From NCBI GenBank assembly GCA_963663185.1, contig OY760135.1:1587170-1651169 (forward strand): a stretch of DNA of 64,000 bases, read 5' to 3'. The notes below the pieces were generated by a model. It had not been told where the DNA came from, ran no database searches, and was given only the letters and a program-made list of their open reading frames with translations. The translations under genes and the position numbers were made by a program. Positions 9,317-19,228 of the stretch are shown here, in pieces (the stretch's first letter is position 1; every line of letters starts with the position of its first letter). The DNA comes from Dehalococcoidia bacterium. Its GTDB lineage: Bacteria > Chloroflexota > Dehalococcoidia > Bin125.

Positions 9317-10558
9317 ATGAAATTCGGACTCTTCCTGGCCCCGTTCCACCACGTGGGCGAGCACCCCACCCTGGCGATGCAACGCGACGTTGAGCTGATC
9401 GAGCATCTCGACGATCTGGGCTACGACGAGGCCTGGATCGGCGAGCATCACTCGTTTGCTCGCGAGATCATCTCCAACCCGATGATCTTCATCGCGGCGC
9501 TGGCAGAGCGCACCAAGCACATCAAGCTTGGCACGGGCGTGGTCTCGCTGCCGTACCACAATCCACTGATGATCGCGGACGATCTGCTCCAGCTCGACCA
9601 CATGACGCGTGGTCGCGTGATGCTCGGTGTCGGACCGGGCGCGCTGACCTCCGACGCCGTGCAGATGGGCATTGAACCGACCACGCAGCGTCGGCGCATG
9701 TCAGAGTCGTTCGATGCTATCGTTGCGCTCGCTCGCAGCGAAGAGCCGGTCTCCATGGAGACTGACTGGTTCTCGCTGACGGAGGCTCGGCTGCAGATGT
9801 CCTGGTACTCGGACCCGCATCCCGAGCTGGCGGTCGCGGTGATCCTCACTCCATCCGGTCCGCAGCTGGCCGGCAAGCATGGCGCCAGCCTGCTCTCCGT
9901 GGCAGGGGCCGATTCTGAGGGCATGAAGAACGTCTGGAGCTGGTACGAGGAGGCCGCGGCGGAGAATGGCCACGAGGTCTCGCGCAAGAACTGGCGCGTC
10001 GTCACCGCGGTCCATGTCGCCGAGACTCGCGCGCAGGCCATCGAGGATGTCCGCGCCGGCTTCCTCAAGCGCGCCTACGTCGGTGATGTGCGCGATCCTG
10101 GACGTCGCGGCGGTATCGCTCTGCAGATGGCGGACACCATCGAGGAAGCGATCGACAAGAACATGGTGATCGTCGGCTCGCCCGACGACGCGGTTGACCA
10201 GATTGAAGCCATGCACGACCGCTCTGGCGGCATAGGCGGATTGCTTGGCATGCACCACGAATGGGCCTCAACCGACGCCACCAAACGCAGCTACGAGTTG
10301 CTCATGCGATATGTCGCGCCGCGCTATCAGGGGCAACTCGATCGGCTCGTGGCGTCGCGCGACTTCGTTGAGGACCGCCAACTCGACATCTTTGGCGCGG
10401 GTCAGAAGGCGATGGCCAAAGCCTTCTCCGACGCCGGCAAGGAGCTCCCCGAGGCCTTCCGCCAGGCAGCGGCGGACCGGGCCGCCCTGTCCTCCAACGT
10501 GTCCTCCAACGGCGCCGAAACCCCAGCCGAAGCAGAAGCTGAGCCGGTCGCCGATTAG
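9317..10558 (+). CDS. LLM-class flavin-dependent oxidoreductase (limonene monooxygenase-like)
   Basis: MKFGLFLAPFH...GYDEAWIGEHHS...LGTGVVSLPYHNP. Confidence 0.9.
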   Translation: MKFGLFLAPFHHVGEHPTLAMQRDVELIEHLDDLGYDEAWIGEHHSFAREIISNPMIFIAALAERTKHIKLGTGVVSLPYHNPLMIADDLLQLDHMTRGRVMLGVGPGALTSDAVQMGIEPTTQRRRMSESFDAIVALARSEEPVSMETDWFSLTEARLQMSWYSDPHPELAVAVILTPSGPQLAGKHGASLLSVAGADSEGMKNVWSWYEEAAAENGHEVSRKNWRVVTAVHVAETRAQAIEDVRAGFLKRAYVGDVRDPGRRGGIALQMADTIEEAIDKNMVIVGSPDDAVDQIEAMHDRSGGIGGLLGMHHEWASTDATKRSYELLMRYVAPRYQGQLDRLVASRDFVEDRQLDIFGAGQKAMAKAFSDAGKELPEAFRQAAADRAALSSNVSSNGAETPAEAEAEPVAD

Positions 10559-10571
10559 GGTGACTAGGCGG

Positions 10572-10614
10572 CCCTCACCCAGCCCGCTCCCTCAGGCAGA
10601 GGGTTAGGGTGAGG
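10572..10614. repeat. GC-rich palindromic intergenic (REP-like) element
   Basis: CCCTCACCC...CTCCCTCAGGCAGAGGG...GGGTGAGG hairpin between the LLM gene and thiN. Confidence 0.55.
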
Positions 10615-10616
10615 AC

Positions 10617-11285
10617 ATGCAAGTCGTCGTTGCGCTCGCGGGCGAGGTCCACGATTCAGCGCTCGTCCGCAGTGCGCTTAACGGCGCAGATCTGATCGTC
10701 GCCGCGGACGGCGGCGCTAACCGCCTGCAAGAGCTGGGCATCCTGCCGCATGTCGTGATCGGCGACCTCGACTCGCTCGCCGGCGACGATCTCTTCCGCC
10801 TCAAGTCAGTAGGCGTGGATTTCGAGCCGCATCCCGCTCCCGAGCAACGCACCGATGGCGATGTCGCCATTGAGTACGCGCTCAAGCGCGGCGCAAGTCG
10901 TATCATCATCTTCGGCCTGTTCGGAGGCCCACGCTACGACCACGCCGTCGCCAACCTCTACCTGCTCACGCATCCCAGCCTGCGCCAGACTCCCACCTGG
11001 ACCGTCGACGGTTGGACCGCCCTGACCGTGCTCAACGGCGACGGCGTATCGCAAGCCCATTTCCAGGGAAGCATCGGCGACTACGTCACGATCACCGCCG
11101 TCAGCGAAACCGTCGAGGGCATCACTACCGTCGGCCTCAAGTGGCCGCTCGCCAACGCCACGTTCACGCGAGGGCTGAACGAAGGCACTTCGAACGAGCT
11201 CATTAGCGATCGCGCGATGATCCAGATCACGAGCGGCACCGCCTTCGCAACGCATCACTTCCGCAGCGAGCGATTGCCGGTCTAG
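10617..11285 (+). CDS. thiN: Thiamine diphosphokinase
   Basis: IVAADGGA, VIGDLDS, TDGDVAI, GGPRYDHAVAN, GTSNE. Confidence 0.9.
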   Translation: MQVVVALAGEVHDSALVRSALNGADLIVAADGGANRLQELGILPHVVIGDLDSLAGDDLFRLKSVGVDFEPHPAPEQRTDGDVAIEYALKRGASRIIIFGLFGGPRYDHAVANLYLLTHPSLRQTPTWTVDGWTALTVLNGDGVSQAHFQGSIGDYVTITAVSETVEGITTVGLKWPLANATFTRGLNEGTSNELISDRAMIQITSGTAFATHHFRSERLPV

Positions 11286-11363
11286 GTGTGAGTCTGTACG
11301 CTGAATTGGTAACGCTCAAGCGCGGCATGCGGTGCCACAATTCGGATGTACGGAGGTTGGGCT

Positions 11364-11941
11364 ATGACTGAAGCCAGCTTGCCGATTCAGTGGCGGGCAG
11401 GAAAGAACGGTATCCTCTCGCAATGGACAACTTGACCTCTCCGGGCAACGTCTGGCATGATGGTTGGAATAGCACACGAGAGTGCATGAGCATTGATATT
11501 GGTGATCCTGGTGAAGGAGTCCCTGGTCGGCCAGTGTATGCTGCGGGATACAATCCGAGACCCGTTGCAGCCTATGTATGGGCCAGACAGGCACAGCGGT
11601 GCATCGCATATCTCACCACCACAAACGATGATTCGCCACCTTCCTTTTCCGGCGGCCCCGCCGATCCATTAGTTAGGCTCGTGCATATCGATTTCTCGGT
11701 CGCTAATCCGAGGTCGATCGGATCATCTTGGAAGCTGCTTCAGCGGATCGATCCCTACAACGGGTTCGCGATCTACCTCAGCGTGACATCAGTGGTTTCT
11801 GGGGGTACCGACGAGTGCGACAACGAGTCAGATGGAGCCCATCTGCATATGGATGCGCCTGAGTCAGAGAGCGGCTCGCGCAACTTGTCGCTGAGTAGCG
11901 GTCAGTCGGTCTCCACTACAACCAACGTGTTCGGAACCTAA
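11364..11941 (+). pseudogene. Divergent LasA/M23-like Zn metallopeptidase, copy A, with an apparent -1 frameshift near 11420-11435
   Basis: GGAGG RBS then ATG 11364 (MTEASLPIQWRAGKNGILSQ, TGA at 11433-11435). Homology to copy B continues in the 11390-11941 frame: WH-x12-D(IG), LVHID, GAHLHMD. Confidence 0.7.
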
Positions 11942-11956
11942 GACAGGAGAGATACG

Positions 11957-12130
11957 ATGTCAACTTCTACGGCAGCAACTGTCCGATACCTGGGCGACGA
12001 ACCGCTGACTCTGATGCTTGCGACTGAGGAGGTGTATCACTTTGAGCCGAGAGCGGACGCGCGAAGTGTGCTGGCTGAGGACCTCGACTTGTTCCGAGAT
12101 TTGCCGCAGTTCGAGGTGGATGAAGGCTAG
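11957..12130 (+). CDS. 57-aa hypothetical protein homologous to the C-terminal domain of M23 copy B
   Basis: AGGAGA RBS; MSTSTAATVRYLGDEPLTLMLATEEVYHFEPRADARSVLAEDLDLFRDLPQFEVDEG; same frame as the upstream ORF. Confidence 0.75.
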   Translation: MSTSTAATVRYLGDEPLTLMLATEEVYHFEPRADARSVLAEDLDLFRDLPQFEVDEG

Positions 12131-12178
12131 GCCGAGCCATGGGCAACGACATCGTAGCTAGCTGAGGGTAGCTGAAAG

Positions 12179-13414
12179 GTGATTACGGCGGGCATGCTGA
12201 GTCCATGCGCCCTCCAACTTGCGCGGGCCGGAGTGATCTGGACTGTCGCCGCAATCGCGTTTGTTGCACCGTTTGTTGCACATGGTGGTGGTGGGCTTGA
12301 ACCCGTAGCGGCTAGATCGACGCCACACACTACGTATGCTCAGGCTGAGCGCTCTGATGCCGCCTGGTACCGAATAGCCGTTCTCACTGTCCAAGTCGAC
12401 GCAGCGCTGGAAGCGCTTCTGTTTGAACACCGGTGCCGACCCTATGGCTCAACTCCATCGACAGATGAGCAACCACTATTCGGCAAATATGCGATACATG
12501 AAGCACTGACCGCCGCTCGTCTGATGTGGCCCCATGTACTCACACTCTCTCCAGTACTGTCGAAGTATTACTGGCCGCTGCGGTTCCGCTTGGGGCAGAT
12601 TGCGCAAACCCGAGGGCAAGAACGAGCTGAGTTGGTTTGCCGTCCCGACTTCCACCTCATTCGAAGTCGTTGGAATCAAGTGCTCTCCGGTTCGGCGCCC
12701 GGCATACAACCCCCGTTTCATTGGCCAACCTTGCAGCGGCTCGGCGCATTGCGCCGGATTGGCGCAGCGTTTGATCGCGCCGTCGACACGACTTGCCACA
12801 GCCTAGATGCTGCAGATGCTGCGCTAACTTCAGATCCCGCTCAGGTTGCTGTGCTGAAACATTCTTTAGGTGCGGCCACAGCTACATTACGGAGCGCCCC
12901 TACTCCCAAGCCTCGTCAACGAGGATTGTTCCATCTGTGGCAAGGAAATCAGAGCGCTGTGGGGGAGTGGACGTCCGACCTGGAACGATCGTTAGGAGAT
13001 GGCGTTCGCCGCCACGTCTGTGGGCATCTGCTGTATCAGTTGCTTTGGGGTTCGTATTACACATGGCTGAGCCAAGACTACGATGAAGACGAGGCAATGA
13101 AACTGGATCAATTGCTGCAGTGGACTCAACTTGAGGTTGGTCTACGCCAAATCTGCGACTTCCCGAAGAGTGCCGCCTCACCGCTGATTCTCTTTAGCAT
13201 CGACAGGCTTGTGTCGCCTGTGCGTACCGTAGCTCCGTTGCCGGTCGAACTCCGCCCTCAACGGGATGAAGTCGTCGTAGCGGTGCAGAAATGGTTGCCT
13301 GAGCGTGATCAGGTGAGATCGTTGGAGGTGGGCGCTGTGACCTGTCCGGACTCGTCTCTGCAATCACTATCGGCGTTCTTGACCAACATCGCCGCACTTC
13401 CGCCTACGGATTGA
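12179..13414 (+). CDS. Hypothetical exported/membrane-anchored protein (cassette A partner)
   Basis: 411-aa ORF, N-terminal hydrophobic segment, lower GC than flanks; start may be 12194. Confidence 0.6.
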   Translation: MITAGMLSPCALQLARAGVIWTVAAIAFVAPFVAHGGGGLEPVAARSTPHTTYAQAERSDAAWYRIAVLTVQVDAALEALLFEHRCRPYGSTPSTDEQPLFGKYAIHEALTAARLMWPHVLTLSPVLSKYYWPLRFRLGQIAQTRGQERAELVCRPDFHLIRSRWNQVLSGSAPGIQPPFHWPTLQRLGALRRIGAAFDRAVDTTCHSLDAADAALTSDPAQVAVLKHSLGAATATLRSAPTPKPRQRGLFHLWQGNQSAVGEWTSDLERSLGDGVRRHVCGHLLYQLLWGSYYTWLSQDYDEDEAMKLDQLLQWTQLEVGLRQICDFPKSAASPLILFSIDRLVSPVRTVAPLPVELRPQRDEVVVAVQKWLPERDQVRSLEVGAVTCPDSSLQSLSAFLTNIAALPPTD

Positions 13415-14711
13415 ACACGTCCCGCTTGCCGTTCCGACTCGAGGAGGCCGCGAAGGCGAAGATCCCTCGTGCCATTGACGACTCCTGCTCAGTCGCCCTG
13501 GCGTCGTAGATCTGCGCTCGCAGTTGGTGTACGTCCGGGCTGTTCGGCGCGGCCAGTGCGGCGCCCTCGATCAGATGGCAGGCCAGCTGCAGGTTGCCGT
13601 TCTGCATCTGGGCGCGGGCGCGGTCCAACACCGGTTGCAGACCGCCAGCGAGGGTGACCCATTCCGCTGCTTCAGCCGAACGCGGCGCCGGCAGGAGACG
13701 GTCCGGCTCGCCCTCGTACCAGCCGGCGTAGTAACGCCAGACCGAGTGAATGATGAACTCAGGATGGTCGTAGGCGGAGCTCAGGTACGGCTTGTCAAGC
13801 AGGTCCTGCGGCATCTGCACTTCGTGCAGAATACGGTCGAGGGTGTAACCCAGGTTCATCAGCGCCAGCGTCTGGTTCTCGATGGAATCGAGCAGGTCAG
13901 CGGTGTCGTTGAGCGCTTGGGCGACCCGCTCCGCGCCGAAGATCGGGAAGCCATGTCCCGGACTCATCAGTTCCGCGCCTTTGCCGGCCATCTGTCGCAG
14001 ACCTGTTGCCCATTCGCCCACCCAGCGCTGCACTTTCTGCGGATTCCCCGCATTCGGGACCGCCCAGATGAAGAGGTCGCCGGGGAACAACCATTTCTTC
14101 TCGGGTACCCAGGTCCAGGCGGCGTCTTCCGTCTCGCCGCGTGTGTGCGTGACCTCGAAGGTCAAGTCGCCGACCGAGAATTGGACGGCGTTGTCAAACG
14201 TGACATCCGGGTAGCGGAAGGTGTCCGGCCAGGGCACGCGCAACTGCGCCGCGTCCATGCCGGGACGGATGAACTGCCGAGAGTTGATCGCCGTGTTGTA
14301 GCCGACGGTGCGCTTGTAGCGATCGAAGTGCGCAGGGATGTGCTGTTGCCCGTAGACGATTGGTCGCGGTTGTCCGCGTTCGGCGGCCTCAGCGTCAAAC
14401 CTGCCGACTCCGAAGATGTGGTCGACGTGGTGATGCGAGTAGACCGCCGCGCGCAGCGGATCGTCCGGCCTCCAGCCGCGCACCGCCGAGTACAGACCTT
14501 CCGCATCGCGCGCCGTGCCCGTATCCAGCATCACCAGACCGTCGCCGGTGTCGAGCGTGTTCATCGACGCGGCCGACTTGATGTAGAGGAAGTCGTCGTC
14601 GATTTCCTCAGGCTCGCGATCATTCCAGGTCGACGTGACCGGATGGGCGTCGCGGATGATGTCGATCTCGCCTCGCCACAGTCGGTCGCAGAAAGTTCGT
14701 AGGTCCGCCAT
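13404..14711 (-). CDS. Alkyl/aryl sulfatase (MBL fold, SdsA-like with dimerisation domain)
   Basis: YSHHHVDHIFG, GETED, PGDLFIWAVPNAGNPQKVQR, PGHG. Confidence 0.85.
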   Translation of the reverse strand: MADLRTFCDRLWRGEIDIIRDAHPVTSTWNDREPEEIDDDFLYIKSAASMNTLDTGDGLVMLDTGTARDAEGLYSAVRGWRPDDPLRAAVYSHHHVDHIFGVGRFDAEAAERGQPRPIVYGQQHIPAHFDRYKRTVGYNTAINSRQFIRPGMDAAQLRVPWPDTFRYPDVTFDNAVQFSVGDLTFEVTHTRGETEDAAWTWVPEKKWLFPGDLFIWAVPNAGNPQKVQRWVGEWATGLRQMAGKGAELMSPGHGFPIFGAERVAQALNDTADLLDSIENQTLALMNLGYTLDRILHEVQMPQDLLDKPYLSSAYDHPEFIIHSVWRYYAGWYEGEPDRLLPAPRSAEAAEWVTLAGGLQPVLDRARAQMQNGNLQLACHLIEGAALAAPNSPDVHQLRAQIYDARATEQESSMARGIFAFAASSSRNGKRDVFNP

Positions 14712-14830
14712 GGCCGCGCTCCTTGGTCTGGTTCCAGTGAACAGTGCGCCGCGTGAGTTTCGCGACACTCAGTCGTAAGATATGACCAGAGCAACGATTG
14801 CGTTCAACATCCTCAGGAGAGGAGTCAACC

Positions 14831-15127
14831 ATGCCCATGTACGAGTTCAAGTGCGAGAGTTGTACCCACGTCTTCGATGTCCTGGCGAAGATGGGTCAGG
14901 CGCCGACGACACCGGATTGTCCGGCCTGCGATGGCGGTGTCGGCGCCCGAGTGTTCGGCGCCGGAGTGGCGATCCATACAGGTTCTGGCGGCTCATCCTT
15001 CGACGACTTCGATATGGGCGCGATGGGCGGCATGCCCGATATGGGTGGTATGGGCGGCCACGGCCACGATCATGGTCACAGCCACGACGACTTCGGCATG
15101 GACGATTTTGGGATGGACGGCTTCTAA
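14831..15127 (+). CDS. FmdB-family zinc-ribbon protein with Gly/Met/His/Asp-rich tail
   Basis: MPMYEFKCESC...CPAC; AGGAG RBS. Confidence 0.85.
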   Translation: MPMYEFKCESCTHVFDVLAKMGQAPTTPDCPACDGGVGARVFGAGVAIHTGSGGSSFDDFDMGAMGGMPDMGGMGGHGHDHGHSHDDFGMDDFGMDGF

Positions 15128-15157
15128 GCCGCTGTCGTCCGCTCGGCGGTTGCGCCG

Positions 15158-15460
15158 GTGATCTATCTGCTTCGCGTGCGCGGCGACTCGATGCTGCCGA
15201 CGTTGCGGCCGGGCGGCTTCGTGCTGGCGCTGTCGACGCGATTGCTTCAGGTTGCGCCCGGGTCGGTCGTGGTGTTTCGACGGCGCGATGAGCTACTGAT
15301 CAAGCGCACGCTGACTCGCGAGGACGCGGGCTGGTTCGTGGTCGGCGACCAGCCGTCGCGGAGCACGGATAGCCGACGCTTCGGCGCGGTTCCGCGCGAG
15401 GACATTCGCGCGGTGGCGGTCTGTTCCTGGTGGCCGATTCGTTGGTTGTATCGGATTTGA
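15158..15460 (+). CDS. Short S26-family peptidase (SodX / Ni-SOD maturation protease-like)
   Basis: VRGDSMLPTL (catalytic Ser), LIKR (Lys), GDQPSRSTDSRRFG; 100 aa. Confidence 0.75.
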   Translation: MIYLLRVRGDSMLPTLRPGGFVLALSTRLLQVAPGSVVVFRRRDELLIKRTLTREDAGWFVVGDQPSRSTDSRRFGAVPREDIRAVAVCSWWPIRWLYRI

Positions 15461-15469
15461 CACGGGCGC

Positions 15470-15498
15470 TTGCATGGTCGTGGCAGATTGGCGACAAT
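15470..15498 (+). promoter_or_regulatory. Putative sigma70-type promoter of groEL
   Basis: TTGCAT-N17-GACAAT directly upstream of CIRCE. Confidence 0.5.
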
Positions 15499-15505
15499 AC
15501 GGGCG

Positions 15506-15532
15506 TTAGCACTCTCTGGCTGTGAGTGCTAG
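15506..15532. promoter_or_regulatory. CIRCE element (HrcA operator)
   Basis: TTAGCACTC-N9-GAGTGCTAG, one mismatch to the consensus, upstream of groEL. Confidence 0.92.
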
Positions 15533-17194
<1,662 letters not shown>

Positions 17195-17222
17195 GCGCGT
17201 CTCGCCAGAACGCAACCACCGA

Positions 17223-17252
17223 GCGGGCCGCTCCCTTGGCGGAGCGGCCCGC
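17223..17252. terminator. GC-rich stem-loop after groEL
   Basis: GCGGGCCGCTCC-CTTGGC-GGAGCGGCCCGC; weak U-tract. Confidence 0.5.
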
Positions 17253-17293
17253 TTGTCATATCTGGCAAGATCGCAGCGGAAGACAGCGATGAC

Positions 17294-18760
17294 ATGATCA
17301 ATTCGGGCGCGCCGCGTCGACGCGCCAAGATCGTCGCCACGCTCGGTCCCGCCTCGAGCGATCCGAGCAGCGTCTGCGCCCTGGTCGAGGCAGGCCTTGA
17401 TGTCGCGCGGATCAACTTCTCGCACGGCGACGCAAATTCGTGGCTGCGGACCATCCGCTCCGTGCGTCAGGCGCAGCTGGAGACCGGCAAGCCGGTGGCG
17501 GTGCTCGGTGACCTGCAAGGCCCCAAGATTCGCATCGGTTCGGTGCCAGAGGCCACTGAGATTGCACGTGGTGATCCGGTTGACATCATCGCCGGCGGCG
17601 ACATTGAAGGCGGCTACAGCGACGATGGCACGCTCACAGTCGGCTGCGGATACGCGGCGCTGATCGACGAGGTCGAGGTGGGCAGCAGACTGTATCTGCG
17701 GGACGGCGAACTGGATCTGCGGGTCGAGCGGTTGGACGGAGCGAGGATCGAGACGACCGTGCGCGGAGGCGGGCTCTTGACCGCTCGCGCTGGTCTGCAC
17801 GCGCCCGGTGCTGGCGCGCGCCTGCCTGCTGTGACCGATCGGGACCACGCTGGCATCCGCTTCGCGGTTGAGCACGGCTTCGACTACGTGGCGCTGTCCT
17901 TCGTGCGCGATCGCCGCGACCTGGCGGAGGCTCGCGCTGCTATAGCGGCGGCCGGCGGCCATCTACCCGTCGTCGCCAAGATCGAGACGATCTCCGCGAT
18001 CCAGGACCTGGAGTCGATCATTGACGCTTCGGACGGGGCGATGGTGGCGCGCGGTGATCTCGGCGTGGAGGTTGGCGCCGCGGAAGTGCCGCTCGCACAA
18101 CGATCGATCATCAACGCATCGAGTCGGGCGCTGATTCCGGTCATCATCGCGACGCAGATGCTGGAGTCGATGACGACGCGCCGGCGTCCAACGCGAGCCG
18201 AGGCGTCGGATGTCGCCAACGCGGTCTGGGATGGCGCAGACGCGCTGATGCTGTCCGGCGAGACCGCTGTCGGGAGCCACCCGGTCGAGGTCGTGAGGAT
18301 GATGGACGACATCATCTGTCGCGCGGAGCAGGGCGATCCGAGGCGGCATGCGCGTTCGGATGAGATCAGCAGCGATACCGCGCGCACGATCAGCCAAGCG
18401 GTCGCAACGGCGGTTGAGCAACATCCGCAGGCCAAAGCGGTGATCGTCTTCACCGTATCGGGCCGTTCAGGGCGGTTGATCTCGCAGGTCCGCTTGCCGG
18501 TGCCCACGATCGTGCTGGCCCCGTCGGATGCGGTGATGCAGCGTCTGGCGCTGAGTTGGGGCGTCGATCCTCGCCATTGCGAGCCTCCGAGCACGATCGA
18601 GGAGATGCTGGCTGATGTCGAGCGAGCCGCGATTGCGGAACTGGGACTCGGAGCAGGTGATTCAGTGGTCGTGACGGGCGGCCTGCCGCTTGGTCAGGGT
18701 TCGCCAACGAACTTTCTCAAGCTGCACAAGCTTGACCATGCCGTGGACTCGATATCCTGA
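17294..18760 (+). CDS. pyk: Pyruvate kinase
   Basis: KIVATLGPAS, DLQGPKIR, AKIET, MVARGDLGVE, ATQMLESM. Confidence 0.97.
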   Translation: MINSGAPRRRAKIVATLGPASSDPSSVCALVEAGLDVARINFSHGDANSWLRTIRSVRQAQLETGKPVAVLGDLQGPKIRIGSVPEATEIARGDPVDIIAGGDIEGGYSDDGTLTVGCGYAALIDEVEVGSRLYLRDGELDLRVERLDGARIETTVRGGGLLTARAGLHAPGAGARLPAVTDRDHAGIRFAVEHGFDYVALSFVRDRRDLAEARAAIAAAGGHLPVVAKIETISAIQDLESIIDASDGAMVARGDLGVEVGAAEVPLAQRSIINASSRALIPVIIATQMLESMTTRRRPTRAEASDVANAVWDGADALMLSGETAVGSHPVEVVRMMDDIICRAEQGDPRRHARSDEISSDTARTISQAVATAVEQHPQAKAVIVFTVSGRSGRLISQVRLPVPTIVLAPSDAVMQRLALSWGVDPRHCEPPSTIEEMLADVERAAIAELGLGAGDSVVVTGGLPLGQGSPTNFLKLHKLDHAVDSIS

Positions 18761-18785
18761 ACAGAACCATCAGAGGAGGCGCGAT

Positions 18786-19166
18786 GTGACCGAACGATCA
18801 GAGATGCTCGAAGTAGAGATTGGCGAGGCCTGCGAGATCGACCCATCTGCCGGTCCGATTGAGCAGCGTGATACGTCCGTCGCAGAACGAGATGTGCTGC
18901 TCTACATCAATGTCTGGTGCGGCGATTGCCGACGCGCCGTGCGCTTCCTTGATGAGCACGAGATCGGCTACCGCACGATTGACATCGACCAGGATGCAGA
19001 GGCGGCGCAGACGGTGGAGTCGCTGAATCGCGGCAATCGCTCGACGCCGACGATCCTGGTCAACGGTGAACACGTCGCGACGGAACCGAGCCGTGCGCAG
19101 CTCGCCGAAATCTTCGGTACGGTCGACACCGAGCCGCGCGGGCTGCTGCGCCGCCTCAGCCGCTAA
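18786..19166 (+). CDS. Glutaredoxin-like (mycoredoxin/NrdH-like) protein
   Basis: WCGDC, GNRSTPTILVNG; GAGG RBS before the GTG start. Confidence 0.8.
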   Translation: MTERSEMLEVEIGEACEIDPSAGPIEQRDTSVAERDVLLYINVWCGDCRRAVRFLDEHEIGYRTIDIDQDAEAAQTVESLNRGNRSTPTILVNGEHVATEPSRAQLAEIFGTVDTEPRGLLRRLSR

Positions 19167-19228
19167 GCTGCCCCGCCTTACTGACGGCGTGCTGGTGCTG
19201 ATTGGCCGCCGGCGCAGTTGGCGCTTGT

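Noticed and set aside
11939-11941. Programmed read-through or selenocysteine joining M23 copy A to the small domain
   Set aside because: The stop is TAA, not TGA or TAG, and the downstream ORF has its own RBS.
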